Shown here in pieces: positions 38,155-53,190 of a DNA stretch of 64,000 bases. The notes under the pieces are model-generated. The model was not told the origin of the DNA, did no database searches, and worked only from the letters and a program-made list of their open reading frames with translations. The position numbers and the translations under genes were made by a program. The stretch comes from Eledone cirrhosa. Its lineage: Eukaryota. How positions within the stretch are numbered: the first letter of the stretch is position 1; each line of letters opens with the position of its first letter. The stretch covers positions 16,120,001-16,184,000 of the forward strand of contig OZ024761.1 of NCBI GenBank assembly GCA_964016885.1. The letters are read 5' to 3'.

Positions 38155-38782
38155 AATGTATAAAAAACAATACAATATAATTACCTCATTACCAGAGGTT
38201 TCCCGAATAAGACGAATACAAAAAATGAGGACGTTTTTTGTATTCGTCTTATTCGGGAAACCTCTGGTAATGAGGTAATTATATTGTATTGTTTATTATA
38301 CATTAAATTTAGCTCTGTAACTTACATAGAGCACTCCTATTACTTTTTCAATTTTCAATGGAAACTTCAATACTTATATATACACATACACATACACACG
38401 CAAACATATATATATATATACAATGTGGTTTACTTTTCGCGGTAGGGTCTATAGCGTAGTTAAAACTCAATGTAATGATATGGTCAATATGATCAACCCT
38501 CCGAAACGATCGTAAAACAATGAAATGAATATGTAACATAACTTGCCTTCGTTGTTATTATCATTGTTAAACATGAATGGACCTGTTATTTTTATCTAAA
38601 GACATTTTTTTTTCAAATCCCAACCCGCCCGTCTCTTCAATCTATCTTATTTCTCATTCTTTCTTCTGATAAAAGACTAGCGTCCGAAACGTTAAGACTC
38701 TCTTCATGCTATATCAAGCGTTAACCTAATATATTCCTACCATATACTGTACGGATTGTGTTGCTATTTCTGTTTACCTTTT

Positions 38783-38863
<81 letters not shown>

Positions 38864-39040
38864 GATTATGAGTTCATGCAATTGACTTATGTTTCGTCAC
38901 TTTATTTACTGCTATATATATTTCGATGATAGCCATTGAATGGCTATGACCTCATCCGGCATATATATATACAGGAAGCTCCAACCGTTAAGGTTGTCTT
39001 TTTTCCGGGTATGTCAATATTTATTTATAAAACAAATCTG

Positions 39041-39106
39041 TATTTTATCTGATGAAAGCGCACCATAATTTGCCTTGGTTGCCCTTGAAATATATATAAT
39101 AAAATA
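39041..39106 (+). ncRNA. Minimal hammerhead motif, family A
   Basis: TATTTTAT-CTGATGA-AAGCGCACC...GGTTGCCCTT-GAAA-TATATA-TA-ATAAAATA. Confidence 0.75.
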
Positions 39107-39162
39107 AATATGGTTTTATAAATATAGTTTCCACCATTTATTAATATATTGTATATATATAT

Positions 39163-39441
39163 ATGTATGGGAGCATCCCAAAAGTCAGCTCAAAAGTGAC
39201 ACAGAGGAGACTGAGGTTAGCTGGACATGCTCACCGACATCCAGAGTTGACATTGCACTCAGTGCTCCTTTGGGAGCCCCTACGTGGACACACTAGAAGA
39301 GGAAGACCAAGGTTAACGTATGTTGATGCCCTAAGGACAGACACTGGTCTGTTGGAGACGCAGGACATGGCAGCGATAATGAGGGACAGAGACCGCTGGA
39401 GAGAACTCGTCCATAGATCTCGGGAATTTTACCCGCCTTAG
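39163..39441 (+). mobile_element. RTE/RTEX-like LINE ORF C-terminal fragment
   Basis: RRLRLAGH...RRGRPRLTY...DRDRWR motifs typical of the RTE-group C-terminus. Confidence 0.78.
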
Positions 39442-39487
39442 ATAGAGATATATGTGTGTGTGTGTGTGTGTGTGAGGGTACATCCAC

Positions 39488-39537
<50 letters not shown>

Positions 39538-39954
39538 TAAAATAATGAATAAACAAAGAAACAGTTCCTTATATTAAAAAAAAAATCATCATTTTACGAT
39601 CGTTTCTAGGATATATATGTGTTAGAGTTGGTATGCATATTCTATAGATCTATGTACAATATTTATACAAACTATCAGAGGGAATATACATACCTACACA
39701 GCTATAGATATATACTTCTGTTTGGTAGTCTGTGTTAGGTGTGCTAGGCCCCTTGTCAGTAGTACGTAAGAATTACAAATCGTGACTGGTGGGGGTGGGG
39801 CTGGGGGGACGGAGAGTGGCAGACGGGTGTACGTCTGGTGAGGTAGTGGGGTGGTAGATAGTTTTGTTTAATTATCCTCCTTGTTTAGACATACCCTAGA
39901 AATGTGGGTGGGATCTCTGAAGGTAATACTGTTTCACGTGTACCGACGGGTGTA

Positions 39955-40427
<473 letters not shown>

Positions 40428-40641
40428 CGAAGGAAATATGGTAAGGAACCAGGTGGACCATAACGCACCAAAGTACTCAATACTTAGAGTAGTAGAGTGG
40501 GTAATAGGAACGAGTAGGACCCCGACGGTAGAGCTCAAGCCGTTTCGACGGCTAATTCTGGACACTCCGGGAGCTTCCAACAGTAATGGTTGCATTCTTT
40601 AAGGGTATGTGAATATTTATTTATAAAACTGATCTATATTA

Positions 40642-40706
40642 TATTTTATCTGATGAAAGCACACCATAATTTAACTTGGTGTCCTTGAAATATGTATAAT
40701 GAAATA
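40642..40706 (+). ncRNA. Minimal hammerhead motif, family A
   Basis: Stem II AAG-C-ACACCA / TGGTGT-C-CTT; intact core; the neighbouring copy at 41007-41072 has GAAA>GAGA. Confidence 0.75.
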
Positions 40707-41110
40707 AATATGGTTTTATAAATATAGTTTCCATTTGTTAATATCGTATATATATATATATATATATATATATGTAGAGGTTATATTTAATTTGTTGTGA
40801 TACAACAAGCAAAATATTTTTATAACTGATATAAAGCACTCAACAACGGCTTAATTTAAATATACTGTTTTTAAACCTTTCCAACACTAATTTGCATAAT
40901 AAACCAACAATAAATCTAATAACTCCACTATCCAGGAGATTCCAACCAGAATGGTTGCATTTTTTAAGGGTATGTCAATATTTATTTATAAAACTAACCT
41001 ATATTATATTTTATCTGATGAAAGCGCACCATAGTTTGCTCTGGTGGCCCTTGAGATATGTATAATGAAATAAATATGGTTTTATAAATATAGTTTCCAT
41101 TTGTTAATAT

Positions 41111-41176
<66 letters not shown>

Positions 41177-41541
41177 GGATATGTATATATGTATATCTTT
41201 ATATATATATATATATTGGTTTTTTCCCTGGATTTCACAAAATCTGTGGATAAAATCTCTGACTTAATTTTTTTGAATTGAGTTTGAATTATTTTCCCAT
41301 ATCTTACGTTAATTATTTTCCATTTTGACGTTATAGTCACTTATATATTATGAAATACTGTTGGCTTCTTGCTCACATTAATTTCTCTATTTTCTTTATG
41401 ATCTGAGTTCAAATCCAGCCGAGGTTAACTTTGCCTTTCATCCTTACGGGGTCGATAAAATAAAGTACCAGTAATGCACTGGGTATTTGGTGGCCTTGTG
41501 CCAAAAGTAGAAACAATTAATTTCTTTATTTTCATTTATAT

Positions 41542-41587
<46 letters not shown>

Positions 41588-41681
41588 TCAGGATATATAT
41601 ATTCAGGATATATATCTTTATATATATATACACATACACACACATATATATATATATTGAACCTGGGACTCACCCCCACCC

Positions 41682-41728
<47 letters not shown>

Positions 41729-42158
41729 TTAGACACACATGAAATACAGCCTATTTATAATACATACGTATATATGGAATTTAAAATGTGTGCGTCCCAA
41801 CACAAATGACGACAATAATAGTAGATCACTTTATTTATTTTTAATGGACAGAGGCATATCGTATGCGACCCCGGGTGATGGGGGGGGGGGTTTATTTTAT
41901 CTCATTTTCTTTCAACTACTGTTTGTAAGTGTTTCTACTTTTGGAACAAGGCCAGCAAATACCCAGTGCATTACTGGTACTTTATTTTATCGACCCCGTA
42001 AGGATGAAAGGCAAAGTTAACCTCGGCGGGATTTGAACTGTTTACAATGACCGAATGTTGCCACGGTTATTTGCGTTAAGACGACACACATTTTAAATTT
42101 TCCTAATTCTTCTGTAGCCAACCGCTTTGTTTATATATACATATGTGTGTGTGTGTGT

Positions 42159-42193
<35 letters not shown>

Positions 42194-42259
42194 ATATGAC
42201 ATGTCTTAATCCAAGCGTAAACTTTTAAAGAATTTACCTCTCATTTCCTTCTTAATCAT

Positions 42260-42364
<105 letters not shown>

Positions 42365-42962
42365 CTGTCTGTCTGTCTGTGCTATATATGTGTATATACT
42401 CACACATTGTCCACGCATATCTAGCTACCTAGTGTGTATATATATATAGCCACACCTACCTATATATTTATATATTACAGTTTGTTTATAAATATCTATA
42501 GACATGCCATTGTACACACACACACACACACACATATATATAGTAGTAAGAAACTCCCTGGAGAGCTGGACAAAAGAAGGTCTTTAGCGAGATTTTCGGC
42601 CCTTAAAAACTAGATCCACAGGCTGGGAGGTAAACCTTACAGCCTGTGGATCTAGTCTTTCCTTGCGTCACTAGCTGACCTAGACATCAATTAAACACCC
42701 TCATAATAAATATTACATGAGCGTACAATATGAGTATATACACACATTATATGTGTTTGTGTGTGTTTGTGTGTGTGTATATATATATATTTATTAAAAT
42801 AACTTAATCTGTTATTTATTAAAATTATTTATTAAATATATTTATTAAAATAACTTTAATCTGTTATTTTAATAAATATTTGCTCTACGGTTCTTATATA
42901 TTTGATATATATTTATCCTTATCGAGCCCTCTTTGGATTTTAGTTTTCAAATTTATTATTAT

Positions 42963-42999
<37 letters not shown>

Positions 43000-43185
43000 T
43001 AAACGGAATAGAAAATGCTGACAAATTGTTCACAGTTGAAAAATGGTTTAATTAGGAATAAAAGAGTATTAGTGATTGTATGGGTTAGTATTCAGTTGTG
43101 GTTTTAAGTTTTTAAGTTTTTACCGGTTGCGCATTTCTAAATGCTTTTCAAAAATAATTTTGAGATAGAGTGTCCGTGCTGTTTG

Positions 43186-43225
<40 letters not shown>

Positions 43226-43526
43226 GTACAGCATTGACGAAGCTTTAGAATACGGCCAAGCTAACGTATATGCCTAATCGGTCTGTAGTTTGAGCACTCA
43301 GATGAGGAAAGACCCCAGAGTAATAACATTACGTTCAGACAGCTTAGCAAATCAGATATAGCGGTCGGCAGTCCTGCCGCATCACCAGAGCAACGAAAAT
43401 ACAGGACCCAGGAAAAGATTTTATACTGCCCCGGACATAGCGGTGAGGCTGAGTGAAAAATATATAACTTACATATATATAGCATCCAACATTAATAAAT
43501 GGAAAATATCTTTATAAAACCATATT

Positions 43527-43587
43527 TATTTTATTATACGTATTTCAAGGGTACCAATATTTAAGTACGCTTTCGTCAGATAAAATA
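43527..43587 (-). ncRNA. Minimal hammerhead motif, family A variant
   Basis: Minus strand TATTTTAT-CTGACGA-AAGCGTACT...GGTACCCTT-GAAA-TACGTA-TA-ATAAAATA. Confidence 0.78.
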
Positions 43588-43697
43588 TAATATTTGGTGT
43601 TAAGATAGTAACATACCTTTATGTGATCTTAATGGTATAATTTCAGTGATAGTTAATTAACTTTGTTGAATAATCAACAAACAAATAATTCATTGTT

Positions 43698-43728
<31 letters not shown>

Positions 43729-43947
43729 TGTATGTATGTGTATGTATATATGTATGTGTATGTATGTATAAATGTATGTGTATGTATATATACGTATGTG
43801 TGTGTGTATGGATGAATGTATCTATAAACTGTGTAAGTGTGATACCTTAATACAAATTAATTTGAAAGAATTACCCGCGTAATTAAGATCTTATAAAATA
43901 ATTTTTAAAAAAGGTGTGCTCACCTTGATTTTTGAATTACCTGTGTG

Positions 43948-43985
<38 letters not shown>

Positions 43986-44016
43986 TAAATGGAAAATATC
44001 TTTACAAAACCATATT

Positions 44017-44077
44017 TATTTTATTATACGTATTTCAAGGGTACTAATATTTTAGTACGCTTTCGTCAGATAAAATA
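44017..44077 (-). ncRNA. Minimal hammerhead motif, family A variant (direct repeat of 43527-43587)
   Basis: Stem II AAG-C-GTACTAA / TTAGTAC-C-CTT; palindromic TACGTA in stem III. Confidence 0.8.
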
Positions 44078-44158
44078 TAATATTTGGTGTTAAGATAGTG
44101 ACATATCTTTATGTGATCTTAATGGTATAAGCTCATATAACTCATTGTTTATACACAA

Positions 44159-44193
<35 letters not shown>

Positions 44194-44427
44194 CAGAGGT
44201 TATATTTAATTTGTTGGGATTCAACAAGCTTAAAAATGTTTATAACTGATATAAAGCACTCAACAAGTTTCCTTTTCAACCTTTCTGACACTCATTTGCA
44301 TACTCACTCATAACTTTGTATCACCCTCAATAAATGTACTATCTCCACTATCCAGGAAGCTCCAACCGTTAAGGTTGTCTTTTTTTCCGGGTATGTCAAT
44401 ATTTATTTATAAAACTAATCTGTATTG

Positions 44428-44493
44428 TATTTTATCTGATGAAAGCGCACCATAATTTGCCTTGGTTTCCCTTGAAATATGTATAATAAAATA
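44428..44493 (+). ncRNA. Minimal hammerhead motif, family A
   Basis: Intact core and 8-bp stem I. Confidence 0.7.
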
Positions 44494-44586
44494 AATATGG
44501 TTTTATAAATATAGTTTCCATTTATTAATATATTGTATATATATATATATATATAGGTGTTGGTATACAACCAACATATACTCAAA

Positions 44587-44644
<58 letters not shown>

Positions 44645-44799
44645 GAGACGTATAGAGATTGTTTTAGCAAGAAGCTAACGGCATTCTATAACATATATAT
44701 AAAATGTGGTCATGTGTATGTATCTATGTATAAATTGTATGTATCTATGTATAAACTATGTGTGTGTGTGTATGTGCAGATACCTACATACAGACGTGT

Positions 44800-44900
<101 letters not shown>

Positions 44901-45132
44901 AGTATTTCCGTAGAAAAGGTAAAGGTAAGAAGAGTGCTCTATGTATAATACAGAGCTGTTTAATTATGTAATAAACAACGTAATATCATTATTCCATTAC
45001 TCAAGGTTTCCGGAAGTCAGACGATTCTAACAGAGGCGTCTGAAGTTGTTCATCGACGCCTCTGTTAGAATTGTCTGACTTCGTGAAACCTTGCGTAATG
45101 GAATAATGATATTGTGTTGTTTATTACATAAT

Positions 45133-45196
<64 letters not shown>

Positions 45197-45208
45197 GGTT
45201 GAGTTAGA

Positions 45209-45262
<54 letters not shown>

Positions 45263-45511
45263 TGTTTCTACTTTAGGCACAAGGCCAGCAATTACCCAGT
45301 GCATTACTGGTACTTTATAATAATAATAATGATGATGAAATAATAATTAATAATTGTTTCTACGTTAGGCACAAGGCCAACAATTACCCAGTGTATTACT
45401 GGTACTTTATTTTATCGACCCCCGCAAGGATGATAATAATTAATAGTGATTTCTTTATGAAATTAATGAGTTATCATTGATTTGTCAATGAAACTGAAAT
45501 GGCCCCTATGA

Positions 45512-45800
45512 CCAGGCGCGTCGTTTGCCTTTAAAATGTGAGGGGGACAAACCAACATTTGTTGATTCTTAAAGGCGCGTGTTAGTATTGTTTATGGTGC
45601 CTTTCCCGGACCCTATCACATAATTAAAATTTTACACTAATTAAATTTGATATATTCAAATGAAGTTCAGATATAAAAAAAAAAAAGCTTAAAAAGAGTT
45701 TATTATATCAAATAAACAAACAAAAAAACATAGACGTTTGAAAAAATGTGCGGGGGGGTGTCCCCTGGTACCCCCCCCCCCCCATGAAACAAGGCCCTTG
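45512..45800. mobile_element. Possible decayed MITE
   Basis: CAGGCGCGTCGTTT...GGGGGACA at the left and TGTCCCC...AAACAAGGCCCTTG at the right are weakly complementary. Confidence 0.35.
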
Positions 45801-46343
45801 CCTATGACACTCTCCAGCCATCCAAGGGCCGACAATGTGATCACCTTATCTGCTAATAATAACAGCACAAAAATCATTCAAATCACAACAAATGGAAAGA
45901 CACATTGCCCAGTGTTTAGCCCAAGGCCAGTCTCTGACTGAACTGATAAGTGATCAGAATCGCTTCAGCTACGACCATCATGTTTTTATTATTATTTTTG
46001 TTTTTTCCAGACAGTGAAAGTATATTTAGAACTAAATTCCTCAATGGGCCCTTCCCTGTTTTTTTTTAAATTAAAAAAACGCAAGGCAAGATGGGGAAAT
46101 TTGGCTGTTGTTTGTGGCAGCCCGACCAACCATTTTTCAGTCCCTTCTTCAAAGTAAATTCCCAGACAGACAAAGAGTAGGGATTGTCACGAGTGGAACG
46201 TCTTTGATTATAGATGGATCTGTTGAAAGAGGCCTGGCATGAAGATAAACAACCCCAACCAACACCAGCAACACCACCATCACAATAAAATCACAACAGC
46301 AACTTCTACTGATGCACAAAACCTGGAATACACACAGACAGAC

Positions 46344-46378
<35 letters not shown>

Positions 46379-46555
46379 GTAGGTCCCGGGTTGAGTCGGG
46401 GATAACCACAGTAAGTAAGGTACTCAATACATGGCAGAGTAAATTTTTTATTTTATAGAAGGAGCTTCTACAGGACTAGTACTGTTTCATTCAGATGAAA
46501 TCTTCCTGAAGATTTCATCTGAATGAAACAGTACTAGTCCTGTAGAAGCTCCTTC

Positions 46556-46605
<50 letters not shown>

Positions 46606-46650
46606 GTATATATATATTTATATATATGTATATATATATATATATTTATA

Positions 46651-46697
<47 letters not shown>

Positions 46698-46708
46698 GTG
46701 TGTGTGTG

Positions 46709-46774
<66 letters not shown>

Positions 46775-47257
46775 AATGTATATGTATAGACATGTGTGTG
46801 GTGTGTGTGTGTGGATGCATTGTGTGTGTGCATAAGGAATTTCGTTTTCAAAAATAAAAAATTGCAAAGTTCATAAAATGATTGATTTTGATAAGTCCCA
46901 TTAAGGACGAAACAATGGTAAATCAATATTTGGTAGGAAATTGTATTTGGTAATACTTTAATGAATATATATGTAAATAGATAGATATGTTTCTTTAAAT
47001 AGATAGATAGATAGGTAATCCGCAAGATCGATAATATCCCAGGTCTCAACTGGTACTTTCTTTTATTTGATTTGGAAAAGATAAAAAGTAAAAATCAAAA
47101 AAAAATCGAACATCAACAACAACAATCAGAATATCACAGAATATCAACGGCAATATCCAAATGTGAAAGAGAGAAATCAAACAGAGCGTACGTGAATATT
47201 TAATCGTGATGTCATGTTTGACAGGAGTGCTGTTATTAAATACACATAACACACACC

Positions 47258-47291
<34 letters not shown>

Positions 47292-47313
47292 CACATGGGA
47301 GTGGGTTATAAAT

Positions 47314-47361
<48 letters not shown>

Positions 47362-47605
47362 TATATACAGAATATCGTTTTTAAAAAAACGACTGTGTTA
47401 CAGGTTTACCTTTTTCATTAAAGCTTACTCATATTTGCATATGAATTTCTTACAGTATATATGTATATGTGTATATATATGTATATATATGCACACTGCA
47501 TCTCCCCATGTATTGAGTACTTCCATGATTAATGGTCCTCCTTGTCGCAACACCGCAAACTCTCTTTATATATAAAGTGTGTGTGTGTGTGTATACTTAC
47601 ATATG

Positions 47606-47637
<32 letters not shown>

Positions 47638-47762
47638 GGGGCATACACACACACACATATAAGGAATATAAGAGAGTGAACGCTAACACATGTATAGATC
47701 TCACGTTATCACATTACAAACTTCAAAACTTGGCAACTTTTATAAACACAATTTTATGTATG

Positions 47763-47890
<128 letters not shown>

Positions 47891-47992
47891 CGTGTATATA
47901 TGTATGTACGTCTGTATTTAAGTGTATAAAATATTCCGATTTATGTGTAAACGGGGCAGATCATATATAAATATACATACATACGAAGATCG

Positions 47993-48128
<136 letters not shown>

Positions 48129-48217
48129 ACTATTTACTCGGAAAAATGTAGAGACGGATAGACAAGTTACAAGTTTGGTGAATGAGAAATTAGTGCAAAG
48201 AGGGCCGTATACTTTAC

Positions 48218-48341
48218 CTAAAAGCAGGATTTTCACTACAGTTTCGTCCTGTTTGGCAGATGCCCTTAGTTGTTTGTCTATAGCGGCACTCCTGGCCCGA
48301 GCTTTCAGCTCTTCTTGGTCAAGACTGAGGCAGGACCCCAT
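48218..48341 (-). CDS. gnav: G-alpha v exon 1 (MGSCLSLDQEELKARARSAAIDKQLRASAKQDETVVKILLL-G)
   Basis: gccATGG Kozak context; MGxCxS acylation motif; ends KILLL G|GTAAAG (124 nt, phase 1). Confidence 0.93.
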
Positions 48342-49078
48342 GGCGAAGTCCACTTTCTTGCACCAGGGGACATGAGAGAGGCTCCGGACTTGACGGAATT
48401 CCAATAGAGAAAGAGAGATATCGTCGTATGCTGGTAAGGGAGAGAAAGAGTGAAAGGGAGAGAGGGACCGTGTTTTAGAGAGAGGTGAATCGATGTATTA
48501 AAAGTTCGTTGGTTGGAAGGACGGCGTGAAGGAAGAGTATACAGAGTGTGTGAGAGAGAGGGGGAGAGTGCGAGAGAGAGAGAGAACCTGAACTAACTTG
48601 TGTATAAGGAGAAGCAAAGTAAATAAATAAAACTACTGATAGAGTAGTTTAAATTAGAGGGGGAGGAAGGGGAGGAAAGCGTGAGGTGGTGTGAAGTGAA
48701 GGAAAAAAAAGTAGTGGTTGCTGTAGGTGAGGGGCAGAGCTAGTGGGAGGAAAAGGATGAGAAGGAAAAGAATGATGATGGTGGTGTGGGGGAGTGCGAG
48801 GAGGAGGAGAAAGAAGCGTAGTAGAAGAGGGAGGAATGCTGTCGGGACGGCTGGATTTCAGTGAATGGTGCTGCTTGTGTTGTTGTTGTTGTTGGCGGCG
48901 GTAGGAGTGGTGGTGGTGGTGAGGCTAGTAGTGATGGTGGTGATAGTAAGGTTAGTAGTGATGGTGGTGATAGTGAGGCTCGTTGTGATGGTGGTGGTGG
49001 TGGTGTAGATGCATGAAGGGAGAAAAGGAGAAGGAACGGCTGAGAGTAATGAGCAGGGTACGCGCGCGCACACACACA

Positions 49079-49120
<42 letters not shown>

Positions 49121-49497
49121 ACACACACACACAGTGTGTCTGTGTGGAAAAAACGGAGTGTAATAGAGGGACGGGTAGAATGAGTAAGACAGAGCAGGGA
49201 GAGAAGGGAAAGATAGAGAGAAAGGAAGGTTAGTAAATAGAAGAGAAAAGAAAGCGAGAGGGGGTAGAGGTAGGAGGGATATAGTGAGAGAGAGAGAGAG
49301 AGATGTGTGTCGGCAAGCAGAGATAGGAAGACAGATAAAATAGATAAATACAGACAACTAAGCAGACCAATCTCTCTTTCTCTTATATATATAGGAACGA
49401 GTAGGACCCCGACGGCTGAGCTCAAGCCGTTTCGACGGCTAATTCTGGACTATATATATATATATATGATTGTGTAAATTAGAGAAAGAGAGAGAAA

Positions 49498-49564
<67 letters not shown>

Positions 49565-50486
49565 GAAAAAATTTGAACAGGGACAAAACAGAGAGGCAGT
49601 ACAATAAATGTTTATTAATTTCACGCTCAGGAGAGTGGGGGGTAGGTAGGAGAGAGAGAGAGAGGTATATATATGTATGTAGAGAAAAAGAGAGGTGGGC
49701 CGAAGATTGACGGACTGACAATGACAGATAGATACATAGATTTCTTTATTTGCCACAAGGGTGTACAAAATTGGGACATTACAAGACGTGACGGCGGCGG
49801 GTGTTTTACATAAAATCTTTAACAATAATTGTTTCTGCTTTTGGCACAAGGCCAGCAATTATTCCAGTGCATTACTGGTACTTTATTTTATCGACCCCGT
49901 AAGGAAGAAAGGCAAAGTCAACCCAAAAATCTTTAACAATAATGGATAACAATAAAATATATACAAAATAAAACAATCGAAATCTCCTATAGTGGGGAAC
50001 GTTACTGCGGGGTTGTTTTACACCCCGTTGATAGAACAACCCTCAACACCAGGAACACGTTTTATAGGGGTTCTCGTCTTCCTCAACCTACAGGTTTTAT
50101 ATAGAGAAGATAGATAGATCACAATATATAGTTAGAGGAATAGAGGCATATAAAGGGTTTAATGATATACTGAAGGGAAAGGAAGAGAAATGCAATTAGT
50201 TATATTTATATATATATATATATAAAGTTTATATATATATATATGTGTGTGTGTGTGCGTGAGTGTGTGTATAAATGGAAGTTTAGAAAAATCGAAGCTT
50301 CGGCTGTAGCCAAACCAATATATATGTATATATATATATATATGTATATATGTATATATATGTATATATATATATATATATTGGCAACATGACCCTCCCA
50401 AAGTATAACAATATACATATATATATATATACACATATATATTGGTTTGGCTACAGCCGAAGCTTCGATTTTTCTAAACTTCCATT

Positions 50487-50538
<52 letters not shown>

Positions 50539-50878
50539 GGTGTGTATATATATATATGTGTGTATATATATATATGTATGTATATGTATATGTATATGTA
50601 TATATATGAGTATGTGTGTGTGTGTATTGAGAGACACACACACAGATAGTGAGTGAGAGACCGGGGAGGGGACAAGCAAGAGACAGGGACATAGATAAGA
50701 GAGAGAGAGAATGTGTGTATATATATATATATAAAGAGAGAGAGAGAGTCTGTGTGTATATATATATATATATATACACACACAGACTCTCTCTCTATAT
50801 ATATATATATTATATTATATATATATATATAGAGAGAGAGAGTGTGTGTGTATATATATATATACACACACACAGAGA

Positions 50879-50930
<52 letters not shown>

Positions 50931-51139
50931 TGTGTGTGTGTATGTGTGTCTACATTCCTGTACCTCAATGATTCACACCTCACTCTGCCCTCAACTCTCT
51001 CTTGTCACAGTAACTGTTATTCTGTCAGTCTTTCTCTTGGCCCTTTGGTGACTCTCAGTGTTGTCACTGTCCCTTGTTAACTGTGAGTCTCTCTCTTACA
51101 CATACAATTTCCACCACCTCCATTTTAAACCCTTACTGC

Positions 51140-51800
51140 CGCCACCACCCTCACCACACCACCCTTACCCCCTCGCCCTCACCAGCCTCACCACACCACC
51201 CTTACCCCCTCACCACACCGCCCTTACTACCTCACCCACCCCACACCACCATTACCCCCTCACCATCACCACCCTCACCACACCACCCTTACCACCTCAC
51301 CCTCACTACCCTCACCACACCACCCTCACCACACCACCCTTACCACCTCACCCTCACTACCCTCACCACACCACCCTTACCCCACCACCATCACCACACC
51401 ATCAACACACCACCACCACACCACTCTCACCCCTTCACCCTCACCATCCATCACCTCATCACCCACACAACCACCCTCATCATCATCATTGCCGCAAACA
51501 CTACCACCACCATCCACCATCCCACCCTCACCATCACCACCACCACCACCACCACCATCCCACCCTCACCACCACCACCACCACCATCCACCATCCCACC
51601 CTCACCATCACCACTACACCACCATCCCACCCTCACCACCACCACTACCACCACCATCCACCACCATCCCACCCTCACCACCACCACCACCACCATCCCA
51701 CTCTCACCACCACCACCACCACTACCACCACCATCCACCACCATCCACCATCCCACCACCACCACCACCACCACCACCACCACCACCACCACCACCACTA
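51140..51800. repeat. (CAC/CAT)n compound tract
   Basis: Direct inspection. Confidence 0.93.
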
Positions 51801-52011
51801 CAAAGCATGGTGTCTGACGCTCTACCAATACTGCCAAGGCACAAGGCCAGCAATTTAAAGGAAAAGGGAAAGTTGATTAACTTAACCCCAGTGTATTACT
51901 GGTACTTCATTTTGTTGACCTCGGAAGAATGAAAGGTAAAAATTGACCTCAGTTGGGATTTGAACTCAGAACATAGCGAGCCAGAATAAATACTTCTATG
52001 CATTTGTCAGA

Positions 52012-52582
52012 CACTCTAATGATAGGAATATACAGGATGGTCACAGTTGAACCATCGTTTATCAAAGGTCTGCTTGATCAGAGTTGATATGGGCCTTAAA
52101 CAACAACAACAATTGGTGTTCAATCCACTCTAATGATAGGAATAGACAGGATGGTCACAGTTGAACCATCGTTTATCAAAGGTCTGCTTGATCAGAGTTG
52201 ATATGGGCCTTAAACAACAACAACAATTGGTGTTCAATCCACTCTAATGATAGGAATAGACAGGATGGTCACAGTTGAACCATCGTTTATCAAAGGTCTG
52301 CTTGATCAGAGTTGATATGGGCCTTAAACAACAACAACAATTGGTGTTCAATCCACTCTAATGATAGGAATAGACAGAATGGTCACAGTTGAACCATCGT
52401 TTATCAAAGGTCTGCTTGATCAGAGTTGATATGGGCCTTAAACAACAACAACAATTGGTGTTCAATCCACTCTAATGATAGGAATAGACAGGATGGTCAC
52501 AGTTGAACCATCGTTTATCAAAGGTCTGCTTGATCAGAGTTGATATGGGCCTTAAACAACAACAACAATTGGTGTTCAATCC
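52012..52582. repeat. 114-bp tandem repeat, 5 near-identical copies
   Basis: Units start at 52012, 52126, 52240, 52354 and 52468. Confidence 0.97.
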
Positions 52583-53013
52583 AGTGAAGAAATCACAAGC
52601 TAAAAACTTTCTCGGATCACACTCCCACCATGCAAAATATTGAAAGTACATAGAGTCAGGTCTATTGTATTGATTAAATGGCAAACTCCCTCGAGCCTCT
52701 GCCCTTCTAAAATCCCGGAGAGCTCAATTTGCTGGCCACTGTCGCCGTGCCAGTAATTAAATCATATCCGCTCTCTTGCTCTGGAACCCTGACTCCAGCC
52801 TGACTAGGAGTAGGAAGCTGTTATTCCCTGACGTTATCTCTAGGGATACGGGGAATCAGCAGACAGAACCTGGGGGCAGCGATGGGGGACAGGGGATTCT
52901 GGGGCATGAGAGTGAGATCCATCATCTCGACAGTAGTCGACGAGTGATGATGGTGATGTATTGATTAAGACCCAGAGCCGATCATCTGTGAAATATGTGT
53001 CACATTCAATAAT

Positions 53014-53190
53014 TGTTTCTGCTTTTGGCACAAGGCCAGCAATTATCTCAGTGCATTACTGGTACTTTATTTTATCGACCCCGTAAGGATGAAAGGCAAA
53101 GTTAACCTCGGTAGGATTTGAACTCAGATCATAAAGGGAGGTAATTCTATGCTTCAAAGCATGGCGTCCGACCCTCTACCGATACTGCCA
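53014..53190 (-). mobile_element. Meta-like SINE with 19-bp target-site duplication
   Basis: ATGTGTCACATTCAATAAT at 52995-53013 and 53191-53209. Confidence 0.88.

Noticed and set aside
46495-46540. Complete hammerhead at the centre of the 46453-46562 palindrome
   Set aside because: CTGAAGA...GAAACAGTA is present but stem I does not close; counted only as a partial motif.
48342-48404. N-terminal extension of G-alpha shown in the ORF track (MEFRQV...)
   Set aside because: Starts at a TTG; the ATG at 48341 has strong Kozak context and gives the Gly2 myristoylation motif.
48420-49370. gnav promoter
   Set aside because: Plausible location with GA/CT-rich and CG/CA runs, but no TSS or core element can be fixed from sequence alone.
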